Source of the DNA: Phoronis australis
Lineage: Eukaryota > Animalia > Phoronida
Length of the DNA stretch: 64,000 nt
Direction: 5' to 3'
Assembly (NCBI GenBank): GCA_002633005.1
Contig: NMRA01000379.1
Coordinates: forward strand, 62,001 to 126,000
Numbering within the stretch: position 1 is the first letter of the stretch; each line of letters opens with the position of its first letter. The notes beneath the pieces are model-generated. The model saw nothing but the letters and a program-made list of their open reading frames with translations. It did not search any database and was not told the origin of the DNA. Both the position numbers and the translations under genes were made by a program. This document shows, in pieces, positions 1 to 11,675 of the stretch.

Positions 1-712
1 TCAAAACTCGTTCTTACATGTCTCCTCTTGCGAAAATGAACCACACCAGTCTTGGAAAAATTTACAGACATTTGCCACCTTGCACACCATTTACTCAATA
101 TGTTCAGTAAATCCCGTAAATAGGTTTCATTACCCGAAAAAATCACAATGTCATCTGCGTACAACAGACATGATAAATTACATCCATCAAAATTGATACC
201 CTTGCTACAACTGTTCAAATCATTAATCAAATCATTTATGAAAATTGAAAACAATGTAGGCGACAATGGATCCCCCTGCCTGACCCCTCTTTGTACTGGA
301 AACCAGTTGGTATAACTTGACTGACCTAATTGAACACAGGCTTCTGTCTGCGCATACGACGATTTTACTGAGTGATAGAATTTTCCAACCACTCCTAAAT
401 CAATTAATTTTTTCAAAAAAAAAATTCTATCTGGATTGTCAAAAGCCCGTTCCATATCGACGAACATTGCAAACGTTGGTCTATTACAAGCTATCCTATT
501 TCTAAGAATAGACGTGAGTGTAAACACGTGGTCAAGACAAGACCTCCCCTGTCGAAAACCATTTTGTTCTTCATTCAGTTTGTGTTCGACATTCAGAAAC
601 TCGGTTAATCTCCTGTTTAGCACATTACAAAACACTTTGCTCACGGTGGAGAGCAGGCTTATGCCTCTATAGTTGGACGGTAAATTCAAATCTCTATCTG
701 ATCCTTTCGGTA
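1..712 (-). mobile_element. Non-LTR retrotransposon (LINE) reverse transcriptase fragment, 5'-truncated, running off the window edge
   Basis: Manual minus-strand translation is open: PKGSDRDLNLPSNYRGISLLSTVSKVF...EEQNGFRQGRSCLDHVF...MFVDMERAFD...RGVRQGDPLSPTLFSIFINDL...LLYADDIVIF. These are canonical RT motifs, with YADD at about 150-161. The ORF track misses it because there is no stop inside the window. Confidence 0.93.
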
Positions 713-1122
713 ATTCATGTAATTCCACTATATTTCTCTTAAAGTTTTGTTGGTTTGAGCTTTATCATTAGATGACTGGCTTTCCAAAGATTGCAGTTTG
801 TATGATAACCATTGTTAATTCGATGCAAATACACATTCCCCCGAACCCCGCTCTATTTTTCATCTCTGGAAAAGGAGCATCGCCACAACACGATCAATGT
901 TCATCATGGGATGTAAATCCCTGTCTTGAACCAGCGCCATCTATAGCTTAATCCTGCTCGACTTGCATGTTTAGAACTTATGCTCGTGATTGCCAAAGAT
1001 CAGGGATAGAGTGTAATTCAGCAGCGAGTCGCACAACTACATGTGTTCTTTCCCATGAGATTACTATAGTATACCGGTATCTTAAGGTAAACACGAGTGA
1101 CCACACAACAGCAAACTGAGAC

Positions 1123-1177
1123 ATGGCCGCACTAACAGCTTTATTTTGCCTTTTGGTTGCGAGCACTCTGCAAGCAG
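1123..1177 (+). CDS. Exon 1 (signal peptide) of a secreted mucin-stalk + Ly6/three-finger-like protein
   Basis: The ATG encodes MAALTALFCLLVASTLQA plus one G, followed by a strong donor G|gtgag (phase 1, typical of signal-peptide exons). Confidence 0.7.
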
Positions 1178-2547
1178 GTGAGAGTGAATTGTAGTGAAAG
1201 ATAAAGTTTCATTCCACGGATTGCTCAACGTTTTGTGAGGATGTTGGCGACCGAGTTAACGTGTCGTAATGGGTAGGCCTACCATCAAGAACGTTTTGAA
1301 CTGTTATAGTTGTAAAGACACAGACGAGTATAGGTGTTGCACGAAATCTCTTTGAACATCCTCTAGAATATGCCCGTAATGCATCTTTACGGTGTTAGTC
1401 TTGTGACAAGTGTAGCGTAATGCGTTTCTGAAATGTCCCCGCGCACATCCCGAGAGCATGTGAGCCTAACTTGGATGTTATTTATAGTTGTACAATATAT
1501 GCACTATAACTGATTTTAATTGCGGTATAAACCTCTACATGCTTTCTGAATCCTGCTTCATTGTGTGCTCCAGATATTTGAAAATGTAAAGTTTTAATTA
1601 AAATTCAATTATATTGATATTGTAGATGCTGACTAGTTTTCTGTTTTTCTCAAACTCTATCTAATCTCAGTCCACGTGGCTTCAATTTCATATCCGTCCG
1701 TTGTGCATATGAACTTACCCAAAAAGCGAATCATTGCATTTGGTTATAACAATATGAGATGTATAATATTGACACCCAAGTGCAAAAAAGCAAACGAATG
1801 AACGAGCAAACACATAAACCTACAAACATTCTACAGTGTATAACCATGAGGCTGCTGAGTACATGAAACTCACATTCAAGTTCAATTTTATGTGAGCGTG
1901 GTACACTACCAATCGAAGGTATTCTAAATGAATTTGCGGGAAGCATCAAGAAGAAACGAATCACGTTAATAATAAAGTAATGTGGTGGCGCCATCTATAG
2001 TAAGAATCAAGGGCGTGGGAGAGACTGGTATTACCAATAAGGTTAACGGGAAAAAAGTTGCAGAGCACGCTACTAAAGCAATTACATTTCCGTGTATTTG
2101 TTGAGTCTTCCGAATAATTTGGTCAATTTTGTTAGCTTAAGTAAAGGCTAATGCGCAATAGATTAAGTATTCATTCGTTTCATGTTTGTGCTAGTGGTAA
2201 TGTTTACACAGGTACAGTACATGGAAAACGGATGCTATATATACCTTATGACACCAACCTTTAGATGACAGTTGAATGTAGTTAATGGGGGAGATTGGCG
2301 GATTGATTTACGTGTAGGGAAATCACAGATGATCTCATCACCAGGAACACTTCTTAAAATTTCGCAAAATTATTTTCATTCGAAATTCTTTGAAAGTAGT
2401 AGTAAGTAGGTCCATTGTTTGCTAATGTGATTATGTAACTGGTGTTATATTTGGTGACTCAAAACCTGTTGCCAACTTTTTATTTGTCGAAGTATTCATC
2501 GAGAAATGACCCAACCCTATCTGAAATTCAAGCCAAAATTAATGCNG

Positions 2548-2836
2548 GAACCAACTTCTGGTGATGCATCTACGACAATTACAACGAAGTCTCTGGAGAC
2601 TTCTACATTGAAAACATATTCTTTTACAACGATTAAATCAATTGCGAAGGCTGGTACTACAGAAGAAACTACAACATCGTCCGTTCCTTTTACAACAGTT
2701 GCGTCGAAGAAGGAAACGACAACAACAACAAAAACAACAACAGCAACAACTACAGAAGCAACAACTGCAGCAGCAGCAACAACAACAGTTCCGCCTACAA
2801 CTACAGCAGCATCACCGAGTAAGACTTTGTATCAAG
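2548..2836 (+). CDS. Thr/Ala-rich mucin-like exon of the same gene (5' boundary uncertain because of the N at 2546)
   Basis: EPTSGDASTTITTKSLET...TTTAASPSKTLYQ, then CAAG|gttaat donor (phase 1), matching the phase-1 start of the 5238 exon. Confidence 0.65.
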
Positions 2837-2898
2837 GTTAATATTTCTGTTGCGTTGCAAACCACGTTCGGATGGAACCGAGGCAAAGGAAAGTCAAC

Positions 2899-3802
2899 TG
2901 CATGCAAAGATGAAACGTAAGAAATGTCATATTGTCAAGAGGAACTTCATTTGAATTAAGTCATTTGTATATCTATCTTAGTATCCCCACTTTTGTTTTT
3001 GATAAACAATTTAACAAGGGTTTTACAGTCTGTCTGGATCTTAAGGTCACGGTGCAAACCTCACTTTGGTAGTACAGTCGTATATTGTCAACCACCATTT
3101 CCCAATCGCTTTGGATAGGTTTGATATCCGGCTAGTCAAGCACCTTAATCCCGCTTTCGGATATGGATTTCGTCACCCTTTTCGCCGTGTGGTAGGGACG
3201 AGAGACTTCTCTTTGTTCAAGGTGACCGGTTTCAGTATAACTAACTGGATGCCCGAGTATCCATTAGAGATCGTCACATTATTCAAACCATGTCAAGTAA
3301 GTTTCTGGGACTGTTTCAATCTCCTATCAATGCGTTAGAACGTGGCACCTAGTAGAGGCCATGATGCTCTGCTGAGTGGTTCAAGACCTGCGGAAAGTGA
3401 GAACTGGTAGTACTGTAATCTTCCAGCAGGAACTGGTTCCATACAACGTGACGAAAAAGTGAAGAAATCGCTGTCGAAAGAGAAACTGAGGTGCTCGATT
3501 AACCTAGATACTCACCGGACATCAATTCCATTGAGAACCGGTCTGTCTGTTAGAAAACAGCGGATTGTGATGCAAGACTGTACCACTAACTTCATAGAAG
3601 CACTCATCTAGGTTTTGTTCCAAGTCCCCAAGATCCAGACTCATTGGAAAATTCTTGAAAATTCCTCCATGCGAAATCTCGTTAAAATGCTTCTCAAAAA
3701 CAAAAAAGTGACCTTATTAAGTAGGAGATAAGCAATGAGATTAAATCAAATGAAGTTACTGTGGGCAATATGACATTTTTTGCATTTTCATCCTTTTATG
3801 CA
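2899..3802. mobile_element. TIR-bounded non-autonomous DNA element (~900 bp) in an intron
   Basis: 2899-2980 (tgcatgcaaagatgaaacgtaagaaatgtcatattgtcaagaggaacttcatttgaattaa) aligns with the reverse complement of 3716-3802 (tgcataaaaggatgaaaatgcaaaaaatgtcatattgcccacagtaacttcatttgatttaa). Confidence 0.7.
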
Positions 3803-4465
3803 ATTAATTTGCACACAATTGTAGGATTCAGTAGGAAACATAACATGGTGTTATGTAAATTTAACTTTCGGTTCAGTCTCTTGAACAAAGTCATGCAACA
3901 CGACGGTTTGCTCATAAATTAACATTTCAGTAAGCCATTCGCTCTGCAATCTAGCTGCAGTATTTTGTGTTTTTGTGTAATTCTTAAGCATAGCAAAGTT
4001 TACTGAAGCCGGGGAGAGAGAGAAACAATTGTGAGCGCATCCTCCATCGTCACCTGTTTCTATTCCCACCTTCGGTCGCCATCCAGTTTCACCCCAAAGT
4101 CGACCCCAAATTTATTTCTTTTCACACCCACTTTACATCGCTTTTGACTCCGCGCAATCCTCCCGTCGATGCCGGTTTTGTCCCAGCAGTTTTACTTCCG
4201 CCTACTTGATCGCTCCTGCCCCTCATCCTTGGTACACTGTATGCCTATGTAAAATAAATTAGCCATGTGACTACGCCAGCCTTCATAAAGAGTGACTCAA
4301 ACGGCTGTGAATTAAAATCGAGCTCACTTTTTCGTATCACGTCATTTTTCTTGTCACAGTTAATATTGGCGAGCGTGAAGCGCAGAACAGTTAATAAATG
4401 GCAAGCGTGAAGCTCAGACTATGCTAGAGACGGATCCATAGGTACGCTGCCGAAGGCTTGTAGCT

Positions 4466-4503
4466 TGATTAGCGAGGGGAGCCCTCGCAATCAGGAGTAC
4501 TAG
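4466..4503 (+). mobile_element. Possible Helitron 3' terminus
   Basis: GC-rich hairpin tgattagcgaggg-gag-ccctcgcaatca followed 6 nt later by CTAG|T, the Helitron 3' signature. The 5' end was not located. Confidence 0.4.
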
Positions 4504-5237
4504 TGTGGTGTTGGCTCTCAGACTCCCGCCCCAGTTGCCAACACTTTCCGTCACTCCCGAGTTGCGCCTTCCATGGACGTCCTTTCTCGATCGACTGACA
4601 ACCAGTTTGATGTTTGTTATTCAGTGGGCAACTAACTCTGTTGAGTGACTATTGCCAGACATTCCACAGGCACTTGGGATGTTTATGCTGCTTTAGCTTC
4701 CATACATCACTGGATTATGTAACTTCCGGTGGTATTGTCTACAATTGTCACGACTCATGATTTCGTGCTTCAAAAACGAACAGATAACAAATGGACGTGA
4801 CATTGCTAGGTGTGTATTCTATGTAGCATAAAAACGTTGGGTTTTAAAGGCTTGTCGCACAATACACGACGGGTGTCATTGTCATTCGTTTGGATTTTCA
4901 CCGATATTTTCCAACTGACCAATGGATATCTTGCATGAACTACTCAACCCGACTCGTCCAAGCCGTTAAGTTTAGATAAGATGAAATCCCTGGCGTACGG
5001 TGGGTTTTAAACATCTCCCGTCTATTTTCATGTACATTATATACGGTCATAAATCTTCAGCGGTTTAATTAATGGTTTTGAACTTTGGTTTGCTACTTTG
5101 AAGGATTATTTTAGAACTGGAATTATTTTAGAACAAAACTCCCTATATTCGATATTTTACCAGAAAGACACGAAATATGGCCCTACGTGCATGAACATGC
5201 GAGATCATTACAACATAGTCTTATCTCTTTCCATCAG

Positions 5238-5361
5238 AGAACTGGTGTTACGTGTGTAATCCAGGAGAAAAGTGTCAACAGCGAGCATGCGACGATGATA
5301 AGCCATACTGCATGAATTCACTGACGGACAAACCCGGAGGAGGGACGTTGGTCACAAAAAC
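5238..5361 (+). CDS. Cys-rich exon, N-terminal half of the Ly6/uPAR-like domain
   Basis: Acceptor tctctttccatcag| and donor AC|gtaagg; 124 nt, phase 1 to 2; encodes ENWCYVCNPGEKCQQRACDDDKPYCMNSLTDKPGGGTLVTKT. Confidence 0.85.
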
Positions 5362-6416
5362 GTAAGGAGGCACTTCTGACTACATTATTTAAGTAGTAGC
5401 TTTTTTGATTTCCGACAGCCGTATCTCTTTTTCTCCATGTTGCTCGTTTTAGCCGGCTGCCAGTAATGTGACAAGATGTTGGTTTTCGTTAAATCTAGAG
5501 GATTTTATTGTGCACAAGAAAGTGAATCCAAAACATGATTGAAATCACTTGTCAACTTTTCTGAAAAAAATGCAAAAATTACCCTGGTGTCTACGTTTCC
5601 GCACTTTCTTCAAAAAAACGAACAATTCGGTTATTTACATTCTGTGGCAGTTGACTGCACTTAAGATGATGATTTTGATACTGCGATTTGCGATAACGGT
5701 CACAATCAAACTGCATTCACCTGAACACTCTTGATGGGCTGTGAGACTGTCAGCTTTATCCTCACGGTAGGAATCTTTCGATAACGGAGTTGCCTCTATC
5801 CCACATCGCGCTTCTAACTCACATTTTTGTGCATCTACTGGTGAGGAACGACTCAGCTGTGTTAATTGACTGACGTGAAACGGCGAAAATCATCGCTTTT
5901 CAAGTAATCTACGGGTTGTTTGTACACTGTAGTTTTACTTCTGGCGATACGATATTTGTTTACATTTACTAGACCCAAAAAGAGTTAATTCTTTTCAATT
6001 AGCATGTCAAAATATCAAAACAGGTCCAACGAGCGACAAGATCTTGTCTCTGATTTATTATTCCTTTCCAAATTTACAAAAAAGAATATTTTCGTTAAAA
6101 AATGTGAAAACTCCAAATATTTTGTTGCTTGCTTATACCCGCCAAATCTGCTACTGCAGTTTTACACAGTTTTCACAAATACTGTTCCAAACAATTTTTG
6201 TTGCCTAAAATAACTTTGCAGGCAATCTCATTTCCTGCAAAACGAAGGCTCTGTGTGCTGATGAATTAATTTTTTTTTTATTTTTTGTCTGCAGTATGAA
6301 GTATTTAAGCATCTCTCTGTCCGAATGACTCAGTTGTTGTCCTTTAGGTAAAACGGTTTTGATCGTGACCACAGTCCTGGCCTGTCTACCTTTTAAATTC
6401 CAGTTTTCTTTTCCAG

Positions 6417-6600
6417 TTGCGTGACTTTGGACGGATGTGTAAATAAATGGTTCCGAAATTCCTATGACAAAGCCGAGTGTCTTGATCTAGGCTACGGATA
6501 CCCCGTGTCTTCGATTAACGGCCAGTGTCACTTCTGTTGTGTAGTTCCCGGATGTAATGCAGACAACATCCCACAACCAGACACTTGGTATAATAGCTAA
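6417..6600 (+). CDS. Terminal exon, C-terminal half of the Ly6/uPAR-like domain
   Basis: Acceptor ttttcttttccag|, phase 2; encodes CVTLDGCVNKWFRNSYDKAECLDLGYGYPVSSINGQCHFCCVVPGCNADNIPQPDTWYNS*. It has the CCxxxxCN three-finger end motif, and AATAAA overlaps the stop (6599-6604). Confidence 0.85.
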
Positions 6601-9422
6601 TAAAGCCGGTGCGTCTAGAACAGCAAAGTTGGTTGGGAAAACCGAAACACAGCAAGCTCAATCCTCAGCAAATCTGTTGCTTTCATAGTGATTGTTCATC
6701 GTTGGAATAGCTTCGTACTTAGCAGATAAATGAAAAAATCACATGTCCAAGCTTTCCTTGAACGGGTTTTTGTTATTCTTGATGTTTCGTTTGTCCGTTA
6801 GAAGGACGGTACTGACGAAGCACGACGGTGACGTGTACATGTACATGTAGTTGCTACACAGCGTATGACAATCTGAACAGAGCGAGGGCATTTCTAGTAA
6901 TAGCCGCTGGATCAAGAAATTTAGGCGCGCCCTTCATTAAACAAATTTCAAAGCTCATCAGAAAATGACTAATTAAAATCATACGTTCAGTTTTTATCGA
7001 AAATTTAACACCGATGCAGAGACTGGCTGTTGTCGTTGCTTTGAGTTACTTTGGGTTAACGCATCAGCTCCTCTCCGCCTGATCACAAAAATGTGGAATA
7101 TCTACAAATTTGTTACAGTTTATCCACCAATATACAGTACATCTTTGGTAGAGTTCAGTAACCCTAGAAAAAAACAAGACTTTGCAACAGAATATGCAAG
7201 AAATTGCCGTGTATTTTAAACGAGAACACGAGATTTTGGCTAGAATTTTCTAGCTGCGAGACAGCTATTGAACTCTACCATTGTCTCCCACCGGAAATTG
7301 GCTTCGTTCTTATAAATATTTTTAAAATCAAATCCATGAATTTATTAGTCTGGTAGATTTCTCGTGCTTACAACGTTGACAATAGCGAAATTCTCGCAGA
7401 ATGAACCTTGTCTCTTGCTAGTACCAAACGGATATGCCTGCCTTTCGGGAGCTTTGAAGGTTCGGCATGGAATTAAATAGTGCCCGTCCAAAAATCGATA
7501 GAAAATAGATTGTGAAGATAGCAAAGAGTTATATGATGCAGAAACAGTATATAAACTGGCGCTGGAACCAAACTTGAATGATGTACTAAACACACTTGTA
7601 ATTTACAAACAACGGAAACTCTAGATACCTGATAGCTACAAGGGGGTAAGAACATGTAGTCCTGTTCAACACATAACATTTGATTTAAGCCAAAGTCATA
7701 GAACGTAATGATCTAAACGTGTTGGTTTCTCAAAGATTTGGGAAAGTTGTTGTTTGAGTACTTGCTGGAAACGTAAAATTGTGTGCCGGGTTAACTCAAT
7801 TATTCGGCCTGAACTGCAGCAGCAACGAATTATCAGTTTTAATTTGAAGCCGCAAAGTACTAATGTGAGCAAGGGACCACTTAATATCAGTGTTATTAAC
7901 GCTAAGGGCGTATGATGAAAATAGTGTTACAACTTGAAAGGAAAGCAAATTAAAGTTCAACCGGACATTAATTATATCACGATTAGTTCTAGATGTTGTT
8001 CAGAAATTGATACTCGACTTGGAGATTGCGGTAACAAGATAACCATTCTCGTGCTCTGTGTAGGTACTACTCTTAGTGTACATTCATGGATAACTAAATC
8101 ATCAACATAGTTACATTAAGACGTCACATCGATTCAAACAACTTGGCTGGTAGTGCTTTTGCACTGCACGTTAAAACAACTATATATAGCCTGCTTTCCA
8201 TTTCAAGAACAAACACAATCCGTTAAGAAATTGGTTTCAAAGCCTTCTGAAGACAAATTGAGGATGATTTCAGTGCTTCCAACGCGCTAAATGTTCGTTA
8301 TTACTCGAGATCAAGCTCTACAATTAACCTGACTTGCCGCGGCGTACGTGACATATACGCTGAACCTTGTCCTAAGGCATAACGATTTAGTCAGGTCTGC
8401 AAATACAGAAATCGCGTCACGTCAAAGAAAGGAGCAAGTTCTTGTTATGAGGTCCGTTCGAGTTCATTTTCTACTTAAGTCTAAGATTTGTCTCATTTCT
8501 AAACTTTGAAACTTCCACAAACATCCGGTAAGATAGTCAAAGTCAGGAAAAAACTTAAGTCAAAACTTAGGTCAAACTTGAGATCTCTTTCTTGAAACGG
8601 TCTTGGGAAACTTTAAATTATATCTTAAAACTGACTGAAGTTTTAAGATTTGCCTCAGTTAAGCCAGTTTTCTTGGAAGGGGATCCTGACCTACATTTAG
8701 TCCACCAAGCCTTCCACTTGGCTTTTTTTCCGTAACAATTTTGCGTGCTCGTTCTCATTAACTCGTGGTAAGTGTTCATCGAAAAAACATCGGCTGCCAC
8801 GTGAGGTTAGTGGGTTTTATTCTACCTTACTGTAAATTACTGTGAAATTCTCGCCAAAAATGCCCCTTTAGAACATGATTTAGCGTAGCAGTGACTCAAA
8901 AGATAATAAAGAATACTTAGTTTGAACTCTAGCTTGTTTCGGAAACTGCGTTTTCTTTGCTTCACCCATAATTTGCGAACTTTGTCATAGCCAGAAGTGA
9001 TACCATTGAACGTTCAGGTACTGTAAGTGGCAACCGCACGTGCAATTTGCATTAAACAGACATGGTACGCCAAATGCAAAATTGAATAAGTTAGGATCGA
9101 GGAAGGAATTCTTTTCAACGATATTGTCCCATTGTGCCACGCCATTTGATATGCGTTTGTCCCTCCACGTGTTTTTATCACTTTCTAAGTCAAGTCCATT
9201 TTATCAAAGTGGGATGCAGCTCGACTGTCTGTACCGTAAGATTCATAATATTTCCATAGGGTCTACATCGTAGGTAAGTGAAAAACAAAAAGTCGTCAAA
9301 TCATTTATTAGTCACACCACAAATTACACTTGACTGTCACACAAACCATTGGTGCCCATCTGTACATACAGCATATGTTGTGACAAAATGTTTTAAACAA
9401 TAAAAATGTTCATGCGTACAAA

Positions 9423-11084
9423 TTATCTACTACAGCAGCAGAACAAAGTGCGCCAGCGAAATGGCCTTCGTGTAGGATTGTTGGGCACTTCACTATCAGA
9501 TGAATCTCTTTTAATCCTGAAGTGCTTTCGGATTCTGTTGAATAGCCCTCTTTCACTAACTTTTACAGCATACTCTCCTTTCTCATGGATACTGTCGCAA
9601 CTGACTTCTTCTTCCTGGACTTTTGGGCTTGAGGAAAGAACCAATTCTGTCCCAACATCTTCGCCATCTCTATCGTCGTCGCCATCTGCAAACACCAGTT
9701 CACTAGAAGTTGCATGACTGTCAGTGTACATCGCGTCCTCACTAACACTTGAATCATTATCAGGTATCAGATCTGTTTCATCTGTATAACTATCATCATT
9801 CATCAACTCTCCCTGCGCGCTGCAAGGAGCCTGCAGTCTTTCCTCAATGCATTTAGCAGCTGCATACCCCAACTTCTCTTCAACCGTCTGGACACGTGCT
9901 ACACTAAACTTTGACGTAAGAAGCAGCACTTCGTCTGTGCCACAGTCTATAAATTCATACTCGACTCGAAGTCTATCATCTGAATGATACTTTGTAACTT
10001 CGAATTTTTCTTCAATGCAGTCAGTTGAATGACATTTCTTAACCATATACCGAACCAAGCTGCTGCTGGTTTCATAATGGCTCTCTACAATTGTATACTC
10101 CACCCTGTGACCGACTGTCAGATCAAACTTCTTTATTCTGTACAGGACCAGCTCTTCAGTTTCATAGCAAAGCTGTATTTCGTACTCTAACACGTGGTCA
10201 GTAAACGTATTAATTGTCTTTACAAAACCACCTCTGCCTCGACCATTAGGCACACAATACCTCACCACCTTGTGTTTGCCCTCACTCGTGCCAAAATCGG
10301 TTGCATCGCATATTTCTACTTTGTACTCGCTCCTGACAACAACGTACGTGTCCAAAACCCGGCTGTAAAGATCTGCCAAAGTACCCCCCTCATCATCACA
10401 CTCCTCGACATGAGAACCATATGCATCACACACTTCATCAGGCTTGAATTCATTTCCTTGGCAACCCATTATTCTGTACTGATCCTCTAGCTCACGCTCC
10501 GTGACGGGGTTAGTTGCATTAACATCTCCTTGGTCTCGAGTACCGCCATTAGCCTCAAACGCCTTCACTAGATCAGCAACTCTTCTCTGATGAAGCAAGT
10601 CCTCAGTCTGATTATCTTTATTTCCGGTTTCGTCTCCATTGAGATCGAAGTGACTACCATTTGCACTACACTTCTCTCCAAGCTTGATCCCGTCCCCGTG
10701 GCCATCAATTGTAGAATACTGTTCCTTTATCTCACTCTCCTCGCCGAGCTCAGTAGAACAAACATTTTGTTCAACCCGTGGATAACCATTTGACTCAAAT
10801 AAGTTCACCAAATCCACAACTCTCCTCCCAGGATAACAATCCCCAATCTTGTCCCCGTTGTCACCCGTTTCGTCTCCATTCTGGTTGACGTGGCAATCAT
10901 TGACACCACAGGCTTCCTCAAGCTGGATTCCATCCCCGTGGTCATCTATTGTACCACACGAATCTTTTACCTCACACTCTTCAACAGACTCAGTTGTATG
11001 AATCTGATATTCCGACCGAGAGTCAACATTACCCTCAAATTTTTTCTTCAGATCACTCACTCTTACTCCTAGCTCCATTGCCAT
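9423..11084 (-). CDS. Intronless 553-aa acidic protein of unknown family, with three 80-aa N-terminal repeats and a basic/CCC C-terminal membrane-anchor-like motif
   Basis: 1662-nt uninterrupted ORF in AT-rich DNA. A 240-bp internal repeat is visible in the DNA (10631-10740 vs 10871-10980). There is a minus-strand AATAAA at 9304-9309 and a CRE palindrome TGACGTCA at 11180-11187. Confidence 0.85.
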   Translation of the reverse strand: MAMELGVRVSDLKKKFEGNVDSRSEYQIHTTESVEECEVKDSCGTIDDHGDGIQLEEACGVNDCHVNQNGDETGDNGDKIGDCYPGRRVVDLVNLFESNGYPRVEQNVCSTELGEESEIKEQYSTIDGHGDGIKLGEKCSANGSHFDLNGDETGNKDNQTEDLLHQRRVADLVKAFEANGGTRDQGDVNATNPVTERELEDQYRIMGCQGNEFKPDEVCDAYGSHVEECDDEGGTLADLYSRVLDTYVVVRSEYKVEICDATDFGTSEGKHKVVRYCVPNGRGRGGFVKTINTFTDHVLEYEIQLCYETEELVLYRIKKFDLTVGHRVEYTIVESHYETSSSLVRYMVKKCHSTDCIEEKFEVTKYHSDDRLRVEYEFIDCGTDEVLLLTSKFSVARVQTVEEKLGYAAAKCIEERLQAPCSAQGELMNDDSYTDETDLIPDNDSSVSEDAMYTDSHATSSELVFADGDDDRDGEDVGTELVLSSSPKVQEEEVSCDSIHEKGEYAVKVSERGLFNRIRKHFRIKRDSSDSEVPNNPTRRPFRWRTLFCCCSR

Positions 11085-11618
11085 ATTTAAAGTAATCGCT
11101 AAAACGTCACAAATAAGGTAACGTCACACGACTAGCGCGTATTGGTGGTTTTTAATACAAACTATTCGCTTGTTTAACATGACGTCATTTTGATGTTTTG
11201 GAGCCAGTCAAATAAAGCTAAAATACCAAAATTAAAAACAACAATTCTTATTTAGCCAGATACTAAGAATTTGAAAAGTTAAAGCCTGGCTATAGTCCAG
11301 GTCAATGATACTTCTTTTCAACTGCTTGGGAGCATGCAATGGGTGCAACTGTAGTCGGAGCACACCGATTAATCGGTTTTCTCCGTGGAAAAAAGGTTTT
11401 CTCCGCGGAGAAAAGTGAATTTTTTCGTAATGATATTTTTTAATGTCAGCTTGGGACCACCGTAACATAAGTTATTTAACGTACTTTATGTCGTATCATG
11501 AGGTTACCAAGAACGAATCCTGGTAATCATGAGAGTTTACGGAAACGTTTTCTGAAATAAGAACATCTGGGCTGCAAACGTACGACGTACACTACGGAGA
11601 TTTTCCACCGCATGTGTG

Positions 11619-11675
11619 AGCACACACACACACAGGCACACGCACGCGCGCGCACATACGCGCGCACACACACGC
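11619..11675. repeat. Alternating (CA)n/(CG)n purine-pyrimidine tract
   Basis: cacacacacacacaggcacacgcacgcgcgcgcacatacgcgcgcacacacacg. Confidence 0.85.

Noticed and set aside
2642-2920. Poly-Q protein ORF
   Set aside because: It is an alternative frame of the ACA-rich Thr exon; splice phase supports the Thr frame.
7350-7650. Possible exon (ELYDAETVYKLALEPNLNDVLNTLVIYKQRKL...|gtaag)
   Set aside because: It has several in-frame stops, no recognisable family and no partner exon.
9406-11072. Plus-strand ORFs overlapping the 553-aa gene
   Set aside because: They are antisense shadows of the long minus-strand ORF.
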